Positions 27,696 to 36,846 of a stretch of 64,000 nt of DNA are shown here, in pieces. Every line of letters starts with the position of its first letter. Positions within the stretch are counted from its first letter, which is position 1. The notes beneath the pieces are model-generated. The model saw only the letters and a program-made list of their open reading frames with translations. It was not told where the DNA came from and searched no databases. Both the position numbers and the translations under genes were made by a program. The stretch covers positions 260,429-324,428 of IMG/VR virus record IMGVR_UViG_3300033997_000478. One strand, written 5' to 3'.

Positions 27696-27716
27696 ATTTC
27701 AGGCCGTTGATAAGCT

Positions 27717-27764
27717 CATAACAAGTAACCCGTTATTTCTTTACGCCCACCCTCGAAAGGTATG
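27717..27764. promoter_or_regulatory. Divergent candidate TATG promoters (spike / sbcC)
   Basis: CATA at 27717 and TATG at 27761, each about 22-27 nt before a start codon. Confidence 0.4.
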
Positions 27765-27787
27765 TACGCTCCCGATAAGTTCAGGCC

Positions 27788-30250
27788 ATGCGAATTGAGA
27801 AATTGGAACTGTTTGGGTTCACGCGACTGACGTTGAAGAACATCCGTCATTTCGTCTACACCCCGCAGTCCCCCTACCAGTTGATCCTGGGTACCAACGG
27901 CTCGGGTAAGAGCTCTGTACTGAGCGAGCTCTCCCCGCTGCCGGCCCACAAGGACAACTTCGAGAAAGACGGTTACAAGCGCATCACCATTTCCCATCGG
28001 GGCAAGACCTACCAGCTGAACTCTGACTTCAAGACCGGCAAGCACAGCTTTGACGTGGACGGTCAGGTTCTCAACCCCGGTGGTACGGCTGAGGTCCAGA
28101 AGACCTTGGTCCAGCAGCACTTCAGCTACACCAAGGAAATCCATGAGTTGGCCACCGGTGAGATTCGCTTCACCGAGATGTCGCCCAACGAGCGTCGGCA
28201 TTGGATCATGATGTTCTCCAAGACCGACTATACCTTTGCCATGAACGCCTTCAAGCGACTGGCGTCTATGCTGCGCGATCAGACCGGTGCAGCCAAGCAC
28301 CTGCGGGCACGCCTGCTCAGTGAAACCAACACGCTGGCTTCCTTGCAAGAGGAGCATGGGTTGGAAGAGCGCGCTGCCAAGTTGCGAGAGGAAATGAATC
28401 AGCTGATGCTCGAGCGCATTCCCAACATGCCCTCGCTGACACAGCAACAGCAGCGCCTGTCGCAGCTGTACGATCAGGTCCAGCAGTGGTGCAAGGACTA
28501 CTGGCGCAACCTGACCTACGTGCCTAGCGATAAGAAGTACAGCTCGCTCGATGACGTGCGTATGGACATCCAACGCATTGAAACGGGCATCCAGACCTCA
28601 CAGGCCGTTTTGGATCGCATGGGTTCGGAGTACAATGAGGTCGAGGCACTGATCAACTCGGTGCAGGTTGATGCCGGTGAATCGTTGGAAGAACTACCCA
28701 ACCTGATCGCCGATGCACAACGGGCCATTGGTGAGTTGCAAGATCGCCAGTTCACCTTCCCGCATCTGCTGGACCCCGAGCAAGTCCAGCGCGATTGGCT
28801 GACCATTCGCACCGAAGTCATCCCGGTCTTCCGTAGTCTACCGGACAACACCGATCGCAAGTTCACGCGCGAGACGATGCAGCAGGCGCGAGACAAGATC
28901 GCCCATTACCAAGGACATGTGGATGTTGGCACCAACAAGATCGAGGCGATGCGTCGTCGCCAAGAGATCATGTCAGAGGCCAAGGAAACCAAATGTCCCA
29001 GCTGTAACTACATCTGGCGTGAAGGGTATTCCGAACTGGAGTACGGTGATCTGAGTCGATGGATCACAGAACACGCTGAGAAGGTCTCTGAGGCCCGCGA
29101 ACAGATCAAGCAGGCTCAGCTCTTCTTGGAGGAGTGTGAGGTTCACAACGCCAATTATCAGCGTTTCCGTGGCTTTGTCGGGGGCTACCCTCGCTTGCAG
29201 CCGTTGTGGGACTTTATCCTGTCCAATTCACTGCTGTTCAACAACCCGGCCCAGCAGCTGGGTGTGTTTGTGACCTGGGAAAACGATCTGGACACCCACG
29301 TCAAGCTGGAAGCGGCCCGTCGCCGCCTCAGCCGCTACGAGGAGGTCCAGCAGCGCCATAACGCCATGGGCGATGCCGCCCGCTTTGCCAAGCGCATGCG
29401 TACCTTGCAAGACGAAATCCAGTTGATGACGGCCCACGTGCTCCGACAGCGTGACGAGCATCGCCGCATCACTCGCTTCATGTCCCGCATGACTCAGATC
29501 CATGGGATCGTGGCGGATCTGGAACGGACGCAGCTGGAGATCGGACGGATCGAAGGTCAGCTGGTTGATGCACTGCGCAACCAAGTGATCGATGAGACGG
29601 TCGATACCCATCAGTCTGAGATGGTGGCCATCAATCGCAAGATCTCCGAGAAGGAAGGTCAGGCGGGTCTGGTGCGTGACATTCAGAACGACTTGAAGAA
29701 CGTCGAACTGGAAACCTCTGCTCTGCAACTGGTGGTACAGACCTTCTCGCCGAAGGAGGGCTTGATTGCCGAACAGCTGGCTGGTGACATTGGCTGTCTG
29801 GTTGCTCAGTTGAACTCGATCATCGCCAGCGTCTGGACCTACGAAATGAAGGTGCTGTCCTGCGGCATCGAGCAGGCCGAACTGGATTACCGCTTCCCGG
29901 TGGAATTCAGCCTTGCAGCTGGTTGGCGCTCCAAGGATGTCTCCAAGACCTCCAAGGGCCAGAAGCAGATGTTTGACATCGCCTTCCACCTGACGGTGAT
30001 GATGTATCTGGGGTTGGAGAACTACCCGCTGTTCTTGGATGAACCGGGTGAGGGCTTTGACGAACAGCACCGCATCAACCTGATGTCCTTTGTCAAGCAG
30101 CTGATGGACATGAACCAGTTTAGCCAACTGTTCATGGTCTCGCACTACGCTTCCAGCCATGGGTCGTTCACCAACGCTGAAGTGCTGGTGCTGGATGAAA
30201 CCAACATCGCTGTCCCCGGCAACTACAACCAACACGTCGTGCTCAATTGA
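27788..30250 (+). CDS. sbcC: SbcC/Rad50-like SMC ATPase
   Basis: Walker A GTNGSGKS, long coiled coil with CPSC zinc hook, signature SKGQK, Walker B LFLDEP and H-loop VSH. Confidence 0.93.
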   Translation: MRIEKLELFGFTRLTLKNIRHFVYTPQSPYQLILGTNGSGKSSVLSELSPLPAHKDNFEKDGYKRITISHRGKTYQLNSDFKTGKHSFDVDGQVLNPGGTAEVQKTLVQQHFSYTKEIHELATGEIRFTEMSPNERRHWIMMFSKTDYTFAMNAFKRLASMLRDQTGAAKHLRARLLSETNTLASLQEEHGLEERAAKLREEMNQLMLERIPNMPSLTQQQQRLSQLYDQVQQWCKDYWRNLTYVPSDKKYSSLDDVRMDIQRIETGIQTSQAVLDRMGSEYNEVEALINSVQVDAGESLEELPNLIADAQRAIGELQDRQFTFPHLLDPEQVQRDWLTIRTEVIPVFRSLPDNTDRKFTRETMQQARDKIAHYQGHVDVGTNKIEAMRRRQEIMSEAKETKCPSCNYIWREGYSELEYGDLSRWITEHAEKVSEAREQIKQAQLFLEECEVHNANYQRFRGFVGGYPRLQPLWDFILSNSLLFNNPAQQLGVFVTWENDLDTHVKLEAARRRLSRYEEVQQRHNAMGDAARFAKRMRTLQDEIQLMTAHVLRQRDEHRRITRFMSRMTQIHGIVADLERTQLEIGRIEGQLVDALRNQVIDETVDTHQSEMVAINRKISEKEGQAGLVRDIQNDLKNVELETSALQLVVQTFSPKEGLIAEQLAGDIGCLVAQLNSIIASVWTYEMKVLSCGIEQAELDYRFPVEFSLAAGWRSKDVSKTSKGQKQMFDIAFHLTVMMYLGLENYPLFLDEPGEGFDEQHRINLMSFVKQLMDMNQFSQLFMVSHYASSHGSFTNAEVLVLDETNIAVPGNYNQHVVLN

Positions 30251-30319
30251 GCACGACTTTCAAGTGCTGCTTTCCCGGCAGTCTTACATGAAGTACCAAC
30301 CCACAGAAGAAAACGCCCA

Positions 30320-31369
30320 ATGAAGCCCTTCACCAACCCTCTCTCCGCCAATCAGCAAGTACTCTCGGGCAGCGTGGCCATCGTGGCCCATTCCCAGCGT
30401 GCGCTGCTGCAACTGCTGACCGAAACCACCCCGCTGCTCAAACCGCAACTGGAGCAACTGCGACAGCAGCTCGAAGCCGGCCTGAGTCAGGTCGAAGCCA
30501 GCGCCCAGCGCGCCGTTCTGGAAGGTCGCGGCGTCAAGGGCAACCTGCGCACGATCTTCTCGATCACCTACGACAAGGTCAGCTCGGCCGAAAGCGTCCT
30601 GCCGGCCGTCTCCGCCAACCCGGCCACCGCCGAGGGCGTGCTGAAGGCCTTCTACCGTGCGATCGGCATGTACACCGAACAGGGTACGATTGCCTGGGCG
30701 GCGCCGTTCAAGGAAAGCTTCCCGCGCGGCGTCACCAAGGCGGTCAGCCTCGAAGAAGCTGACAAGTTCGATCCGGTCGCGTACTCCTCGGGCATCTACC
30801 CGGTACAGGACGGCGAGGACATCCGCGGCTTCATCGTCGTGGTGCGTGTGGACGACAACTCCTTCGTGGTGATGTCCAGCCAGAGCGCACCGCAGCTGTA
30901 CACCTTCGTCGAGATCGAAGGCGAGTGGCTGTCGCACGGTGAGTGGGACTACCTGGACATGGAAGCCTTCCAGGCCGCCCTGGCCAAGCTGACCGCCGGC
31001 AACCTGGGTTCGTTCACCTTCGATGAGAAGAAGTGGGCTGCACTGTTCAAGGCACTGCCGGCCAAGGCATACGAAAGCGTTGGCGCCACCTCGCGCGGCG
31101 GCACGGGTGCCGAGATCAAGATCGACGAAAACCTCATCCTGAACTTCGATGGCGAGAAGGCCTTCCTGACCGTGGACAAGGCGCCGTACGGCGAAGTCGG
31201 TCCGGAAGAAGAACGCTACATCCCGTTCGTGGCTGGCGAGCAGTTCGACTACTCTTTCCCGTTCCTGAACAACAAGTTCAAGTCGCTGGAAGAGCGCTTC
31301 AACGACCACATCACCGGCAAGCCGGCCGAGAAGGTCACCAAGGCCGCCACCAAGAAGGCCCGCCGCTAA
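30320..31369 (+). CDS. Hypothetical protein
   Basis: 349 aa with strong C-ending codon bias and a basic C-terminal tail. Followed by a hairpin. Confidence 0.7.
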   Translation: MKPFTNPLSANQQVLSGSVAIVAHSQRALLQLLTETTPLLKPQLEQLRQQLEAGLSQVEASAQRAVLEGRGVKGNLRTIFSITYDKVSSAESVLPAVSANPATAEGVLKAFYRAIGMYTEQGTIAWAAPFKESFPRGVTKAVSLEEADKFDPVAYSSGIYPVQDGEDIRGFIVVVRVDDNSFVVMSSQSAPQLYTFVEIEGEWLSHGEWDYLDMEAFQAALAKLTAGNLGSFTFDEKKWAALFKALPAKAYESVGATSRGGTGAEIKIDENLILNFDGEKAFLTVDKAPYGEVGPEEERYIPFVAGEQFDYSFPFLNNKFKSLEERFNDHITGKPAEKVTKAATKKARR

Positions 31370-31374
31370 GGCGA

Positions 31375-31409
31375 CATAAGCCCCCTCCCGGACGGGAGGG
31401 GGCGTTATG
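31375..31409. terminator. Bidirectional hairpin at convergent junction
   Basis: cataa GCCCCCTCCCG ga CGGGAGGGGGC g ttatg. Confidence 0.75.
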
Positions 31410-31413
31410 CTGC

Positions 31414-32034
31414 TTACGGGGTGGGCGTACCACCGTGGTCGATGATCCACTGCGTCAGCGCATTGTTCTTGGCAGTGAGTGCATCCACCAACGCGTTCAG
31501 TCGAATGACCTCAGCGTAGGGCGTGGTGCGATTGGTGATCTCCGCCTGACGACGGGTCTCCATGATCTCATGCTGCTCCTGACTGATCAGGCCGCTGAAC
31601 GGAGCGATGTGTTCTTGCACCGCCGACTCCACACCGATCGTGTCACTCACCACTTCGGCCACGTTGGCCTTCAGGTCAGTCAGATCGGTGGTATCCGGCA
31701 ACGGTCCAAGCAGTACCGAGAGCACCACCCGCTTGTAGGCCACACCGGTGACATCAGGGAAGGCCTCGATGTAGGTATCCGGCACGTGGATGACCGGCAG
31801 GGTCTCCGACTCCAGGGTGATGATGTTTGCACCCAGTGCCAGATCGGCCTCGTACTTGTCCCTGGTTTCGTCCTTGGGCAAGTAGAAACGCTTGAAGACG
31901 TCGTCGCCGCGTTCGATGAAGTCACGGAAGCTACGAATAGCGATGACTTCAAAGACGTGATCAGCCGGCGCATTCCACGGCGTCTTGAGCTTGAAGACAC
32001 CCCTGGCGTGCAGGGGTGGGGTCATGATGGCCAT
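31414..32034 (-). CDS. Conserved phiKZ-like hypothetical/virion protein
   Basis: 206 aa. TPP...G.F.L..PW...F.V.AIR...IHVPDTYIEAFP motifs and a C-terminal coiled coil. Confidence 0.6.
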   Translation of the reverse strand: MAIMTPPLHARGVFKLKTPWNAPADHVFEVIAIRSFRDFIERGDDVFKRFYLPKDETRDKYEADLALGANIITLESETLPVIHVPDTYIEAFPDVTGVAYKRVVLSVLLGPLPDTTDLTDLKANVAEVVSDTIGVESAVQEHIAPFSGLISQEQHEIMETRRQAEITNRTTPYAEVIRLNALVDALTAKNNALTQWIIDHGGTPTP

Positions 32035-32044
32035 GGGCTACCTC

Positions 32045-33787
32045 TTACGGAGCCTGCGAGGTGAAGATGTGCATGGTGAACACCTTACTCGCGCGGGTGG
32101 TGGAGTCGTCGGTGACAGCCACCTCGACCTGGATGTCGCCAGCGATCAGCGGGGTGCCGGTGAACTCGCCCGAGTTCGGATCGATCATGGCATTGGCGAA
32201 CTTGCTGGTATCGGACACGCTGACCAGTTCGTACTCGAACGGCGCCTTACCACCGACCGCTTCGAAGGTCGTGCGGTAGTTGCCCAGACGGATGTCGGCA
32301 TGCGGCATTGCCACCACGCCCACGGCGCCTTCGCTAGTGATCTGCAGTGCGTCGACGTTGGTCGGCGGGAAGTATTGCTGCACGGTGCGGCGGCTGGCCA
32401 CCAGGTACTGCACGTTGAGGTGATTGGCCACCACGTACTGGAACACTTCGCCGGCATCGTTGGTGCGCTTGACGCGGGTCATGTCTTGCGGCAGGTCCGA
32501 GAAGTCGGTCAGCTCTTCGGCCACCACCAACATGCGGTTGATCAGCACGATCCAGTCACGGGTCGGCTTGGACATGCGCGAGAAGTCGGTGGAGCTGGTC
32601 GGTACGTTCAGGTAGTCGGGGAACTGCTCTTCAAAGCGGTTCACGCCTTCGCGGTTTTCCGGACCACCCACGATCAACAGGCTCATCGACTTGTACGGGA
32701 TGCCCGTGATGGCCAGGACCTTGTCGATATGGGCTTGGGTGTAAGCCGTGCCGATACTGGTGCGACGGGCCATCTGCATACCGGCCACTGCGTTGACCAC
32801 CGGCGAATGCATGCCGGCCAGCTGGGTCTTGTTGGGGATGGCGAAGAAGGACCAGCCAGGGGTGATCACGAACTCGGTGCTGGTGAAGATGTCCGGGAAG
32901 ATCACCGCCCATTCTTGACGGGTGTGGGTGGAGTTGGCCAGGATCCATTCGGCCAGACCGGCCTTGAGGGAGTCGACGTTGTCGCCAGCTGCACCCCAGA
33001 TGATGAAGTTCCAGTTGGTGTCCAGCCGGTACGTACGATCGTTGGGATCGTGGTACTGGAAGGTCATCGCGGTGATCTTGGTCTCCGGATTCCCTTCCTT
33101 GGCCAGATGGATCTCGGTCTGCATCTGCGGGATGGTGCGCTCAGCGACCATGTCTGCCACCAACTCAGCGCGCTGGAAGAAGTCATCCAGACGACTGGTT
33201 GCCACCGGCGCCACGAACTCCAGCTCAAACTCGTCGTACTGGGTGCGGAAGGCCGAGTCGGCAAACCACAGCTTGATGCGCGAACGCTCCAGGTCTGCCA
33301 GCTCTTCCGGCGTCCATGCACTGCCCAGGGCCGCAGGCAGCAGGTAGAAGGACACGTTGGAGGGCAACCACAGACCGTTGTGGGTAACCATCTCGGCCAC
33401 TTGTGCGTCGAGCACATAACCGTCGAATTCGGCCATGAAGCGCTGGCGGAAGGATTCGGTGGTGGGACCGAAAGCGCCGGCCGAAGCCTGCTCTTGGCTC
33501 CAGCGGATCACGCGCAGCAGGAAGTCGGAGTATTCGGTCGGAACGTCGTAGTAACGCTCACTGACGGTCTTGCTGGAAAACACCGACAGAGCCATCGGCA
33601 CCGGGCTGCCGGAACTGCCGGCCGTGGTCGCATAGACCGCACGGTCAGTGGCGTAGGTGGCGCTCAGCAGGGACAGCTCACCCAGGGGAGCAGTCTGGTG
33701 GCGCCCGTTGTCAGCGAACGAGCCGATAATTACAAAGCCCTTCAGGCTGTAAGTATCGGTTTGGGAATCATTGATGGGGTCACTCAC
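32045..33787 (-). CDS. phiKZ-like virion structural protein with appended C-terminal Ig-like domain
   Basis: 580 aa. YSLKGF...N....APLGELS N-terminus. C-terminal EAVGGKAPFEY...GEFTGTP...VEVAVTD is He_PIG-like. Confidence 0.65.
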   Translation of the reverse strand: MSDPINDSQTDTYSLKGFVIIGSFADNGRHQTAPLGELSLLSATYATDRAVYATTAGSSGSPVPMALSVFSSKTVSERYYDVPTEYSDFLLRVIRWSQEQASAGAFGPTTESFRQRFMAEFDGYVLDAQVAEMVTHNGLWLPSNVSFYLLPAALGSAWTPEELADLERSRIKLWFADSAFRTQYDEFELEFVAPVATSRLDDFFQRAELVADMVAERTIPQMQTEIHLAKEGNPETKITAMTFQYHDPNDRTYRLDTNWNFIIWGAAGDNVDSLKAGLAEWILANSTHTRQEWAVIFPDIFTSTEFVITPGWSFFAIPNKTQLAGMHSPVVNAVAGMQMARRTSIGTAYTQAHIDKVLAITGIPYKSMSLLIVGGPENREGVNRFEEQFPDYLNVPTSSTDFSRMSKPTRDWIVLINRMLVVAEELTDFSDLPQDMTRVKRTNDAGEVFQYVVANHLNVQYLVASRRTVQQYFPPTNVDALQITSEGAVGVVAMPHADIRLGNYRTTFEAVGGKAPFEYELVSVSDTSKFANAMIDPNSGEFTGTPLIAGDIQVEVAVTDDSTTRASKVFTMHIFTSQAP

Positions 33788-33821
33788 GTGGGTCGCTCCA
33801 ATGGTTGGGATCGAGTTAATC

Positions 33822-33843
33822 TATGACGGAACTCTATACCATA
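33822..33843. promoter_or_regulatory. Divergent candidate TATG promoters (virion gene / spanins)
   Basis: TATG at 33822 and CATA at 33840. Confidence 0.35.
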
Positions 33844-33860
33844 AACCCACGGGCACACCA

Positions 33861-34448
33861 ATGACTTTCCTTAGTGTACTTATCGCCCTGTTCCGGGAGG
33901 TGATGCCTTTCATCAAGGAGGCCCTGCTTGAGGGGCAAACTTTCGGGGCGTGGCTTCGCAACAATTGGATGACCTTCACCGCCTTGGTGGTGGTGACGGT
34001 CTTGACCTTCAATACGGCCTATCTGGTGGATTCCTTTCACCGCGAGCGCAAGGAGCGCCAGGTCACTGAAACGGTGGTGCGTGAACTCAAAGCACCGCTG
34101 AGTTTTGTCCAGGTGCGTCTGCAACGCCTGATGGACCAGAATGCGTATTTGCGTGGTGAGAACAAGCGACTGTCTGAACAGATCGTAACCCTCACCGCCA
34201 ACAGCAGTGAACAAGCGACCAAGCTTCAGCAGTACGAAAAGTGGATGAAAGCTTGCGGTGTGGATCCCAATCGCGGCGGGCAGTGTCGGGCGCAAGTCTC
34301 GGCAACGCCCAAGCGTCGGGCACCGACCCCCAAGCCCAAGCCTGACTTGAATGTCATCCCGCCTCCCGATCCTCCGCCCAAAGAGGGAAAGCGTGGTTTC
34401 TGGAAGAGCCTGCGCGATGCCTTGAGCGGAAAGAAGAACGACGAATGA
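33861..34448 (+). CDS. Putative inner-membrane spanin (Rz-like)
   Basis: N-terminal TM (WMTFTALVVVTVLTFNTAYLV), periplasmic coiled coil, two Cys and a Pro-rich tail. Overlaps the lipoprotein gene (ATGA). Confidence 0.6.
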   Translation: MTFLSVLIALFREVMPFIKEALLEGQTFGAWLRNNWMTFTALVVVTVLTFNTAYLVDSFHRERKERQVTETVVRELKAPLSFVQVRLQRLMDQNAYLRGENKRLSEQIVTLTANSSEQATKLQQYEKWMKACGVDPNRGGQCRAQVSATPKRRAPTPKPKPDLNVIPPPDPPPKEGKRGFWKSLRDALSGKKNDE

Positions 34449-34750
34449 AAACCTCGCTGCTGATTCTGCCGCTGTTGCTCACGGGTTGTGTGACCATCAC
34501 CATGCCGCCCGTGCAGCAACAAGCAGTCCAAAACGACAAACCGGTCAGCACCTGTCCGGTCTATCAACGTCCCAGTCGCGAAGCCCTACCCACCAGCCCA
34601 GATCTGGATCCGTCAGAGATGGCGGATCTGGAAGCTGTGGGTTTGAAACTGGCCAAGCACATCCGCAGGCTCTACGACTACATCGACGCTGGCGAACGGG
34701 AAGAGGCCAAGTCCTACAGTCGCTATCTGGAAAACTGCAAGACGGAGTAA
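34445..34750 (+). CDS. Lipoprotein, putative outer-membrane spanin (Rz1-like)
   Basis: Signal peptide with lipobox LLTG-C, Pro-rich linker, two further Cys and a helical C-terminus. Confidence 0.7.
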   Translation: MKTSLLILPLLLTGCVTITMPPVQQQAVQNDKPVSTCPVYQRPSREALPTSPDLDPSEMADLEAVGLKLAKHIRRLYDYIDAGEREEAKSYSRYLENCKTE

Positions 34751-34802
34751 ATCTGAACTCAGGGCCGCAATCCTACGATAGTTTGACCGCAACGGATCTT
34801 TC

Positions 34803-36302
34803 ATGAGCAACGAATCAATCAAGCCGACCCATGGCGTGTTCTACGGTGACGGCGGGTGCGACAACCCCACCATCGCAGGCTACGGCATCCATGCCTACCT
34901 GTTCACCAATGAGCCGGCCAAGCAGGGTACCGGTAACCCGAAAGCGTTGCCCACCTCTAAGTGTTACGAGATGGGGGGTTCGGGTAAGCCGGAGATCACC
35001 CTGACCCACTACATCGATGGGTTCTCTTCGATTACCCAGAATGCCACCAACAACGTGGCAGAGCTGGGCGCCGGCATCAAGGTGCTGGAGATGACCAAGG
35101 AATGGGGCTTGAAGCACACCACCATGGTCTTTGACAGCAAGTACGTGCTCGACGGCTTTGACAAGTGGATGCATGACTGGAGCAAGAACAATTGGGTCAA
35201 GCCCGACGGTTCGCCGCGCTCCAATGCTGACCTGTGGAAGCGCATGCTCGAACTGAAGCAGGAACTGAAGGACGCTGGTGTGGAAGTCAAGACCCATTGG
35301 GTCAAGGGCCACAGCGGTGAACTCGGCAACGAGCGTGCTGACTCCCTGGCTGGTTGGGGTAAGATGGCTGCACGCAATGGTGCGCCCACCACCCGCTTCA
35401 ACGTCAAAGAAGCCAAGGGCTACTGGTCGCCCAAGAGTGAGCGCAACCGCATGCTCTCACTGCCCAACTGGTATTTCGCTGCCTTCACCGATAAGGATGT
35501 AGAGAAGTCCAAGTGTGGGCGCCACGTCTACAGCTGCGGCACGATCCGCGAAAAGTCCGAACTGATCGGCAAGGCGATCTCCGATGCCTCCTTCTCTGTG
35601 TCCTACCTGCGCGAACGCGATGAGGTGTTGGACATCGTGATGGCTGGTGCTGAGGATCTCTACGTCGGTCGCCCGCAGGGTGTGTTCATCGCTTACCTCG
35701 ATCTGATCTTCAAGCCTGCGATGTACGAACAGCTGGCCGACTACGGTCGCATCCTGCTGATCCAAGACCGTCGTGGTCGTCACCTGTCCACCAAGGTGAA
35801 GGTCAACCGCAACAACGAGGTCAAGGAAGAAGTACTGCCGGTGTTGGAAGAGGTGGACCCACCGGGTCTGTCCTTCCGTTTGATCGATCACCTCGGTCAG
35901 CTGCGCGATCGTCTGGACTCCTACTTGGAGCCGAAGGAAGGTGGTGAGATGCGAATCAATGACATCACACACCTAATCTATGAGATTGGCGAGTCCAAGG
36001 GTAAAACCACCGTCAAGCTCAATCCGAAAACGATCACCACAGCAACGCGGTCGATCGAGGTCGATGGCTCCTATGCCAAGGATGCAGGTGAAGACGGGAT
36101 GATGAAGTTCCTGTTGACGCTCGCTCAAGACCTCCCCGATCGCAACACTCTCAATGCGCTTGGCGTGGAGGGGGTGAAGGTGTCCCTGCTGACCTGGCCG
36201 GAATCAGGTATGGCGGTGCGCTTTGCTACCGTGATCGAGGCCAACGGCGACGTGGGCATCTGGGCCGGTCCGTACTCCAACCTCCAGATTGTCCCGATCT
36301 AA
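34803..36302 (+). CDS. rnh: RNase H (phiKZ gp155-like) with C-terminal extension
   Basis: YGDGG, TNNVAEL, VFDSKYV, NADLW, WVKGHSG and NERADSLA give the full RNase HI catalytic set. Confidence 0.93.
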   Translation: MSNESIKPTHGVFYGDGGCDNPTIAGYGIHAYLFTNEPAKQGTGNPKALPTSKCYEMGGSGKPEITLTHYIDGFSSITQNATNNVAELGAGIKVLEMTKEWGLKHTTMVFDSKYVLDGFDKWMHDWSKNNWVKPDGSPRSNADLWKRMLELKQELKDAGVEVKTHWVKGHSGELGNERADSLAGWGKMAARNGAPTTRFNVKEAKGYWSPKSERNRMLSLPNWYFAAFTDKDVEKSKCGRHVYSCGTIREKSELIGKAISDASFSVSYLRERDEVLDIVMAGAEDLYVGRPQGVFIAYLDLIFKPAMYEQLADYGRILLIQDRRGRHLSTKVKVNRNNEVKEEVLPVLEEVDPPGLSFRLIDHLGQLRDRLDSYLEPKEGGEMRINDITHLIYEIGESKGKTTVKLNPKTITTATRSIEVDGSYAKDAGEDGMMKFLLTLAQDLPDRNTLNALGVEGVKVSLLTWPESGMAVRFATVIEANGDVGIWAGPYSNLQIVPI

Positions 36303-36324
36303 ACTTCGATCTCAGGGGTCAACG

Positions 36325-36786
36325 ATGAACAGTACAACGAGTCTACACCGAGGAAACACCCACTCGGTTGGGACAGTGCTGAAGTACATGCTGTCCAAGC
36401 TCGTTTCACAACACGTCAAGCGCATCGTCGCCATGAGCTCCTTGGCTGCCAAGTGCAACCGCCTGGGGCGACTGGAACGCGAAGGTATCGATCGCCTCAA
36501 CGCCCTGCTGGTGCTGACCATCCAAGGGCGGCAGGATGCGCTCGTGGCTCCTTCGAAGTTGAAAGACTTCGTCTGGGGCAAGACCAAGCTTGATGAAGTT
36601 CTTACTCCTGAAGTGCTCAGCCGGCCGATGTCTGAAGAGCAGGCTCGTGAGATCTCTCTGCGTATCGTGGATCTCACTCCGATGTGGTTGCGCTACGGCA
36701 AACCGCTCATGCTCGAAGACATCTACAAGCTGGTGCGCGAAATCTGTCAGGAGAACTCCCGCAATCACGTGGCGTGCGCCGCCTGA
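36325..36786 (+). CDS. Hypothetical protein
   Basis: About 153 aa from ATG 36325 (AGGGG RBS-like). The start is uncertain. Confidence 0.55.
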   Translation: MNSTTSLHRGNTHSVGTVLKYMLSKLVSQHVKRIVAMSSLAAKCNRLGRLEREGIDRLNALLVLTIQGRQDALVAPSKLKDFVWGKTKLDEVLTPEVLSRPMSEEQAREISLRIVDLTPMWLRYGKPLMLEDIYKLVREICQENSRNHVACAA

Positions 36787-36799
36787 TATGGGAAAGCAG

Positions 36800-36835
36800 C
36801 ATAAGCCCCCGCCCGTGATGGGCGGGGGCGCTATG
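36800..36835. terminator. Bidirectional hairpin at convergent junction
   Basis: cataa GCCCCCGCCC gtgat GGGCGGGGGC gc tatg. Confidence 0.75.
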
Positions 36836-36846
36836 CCGTCGATTAC

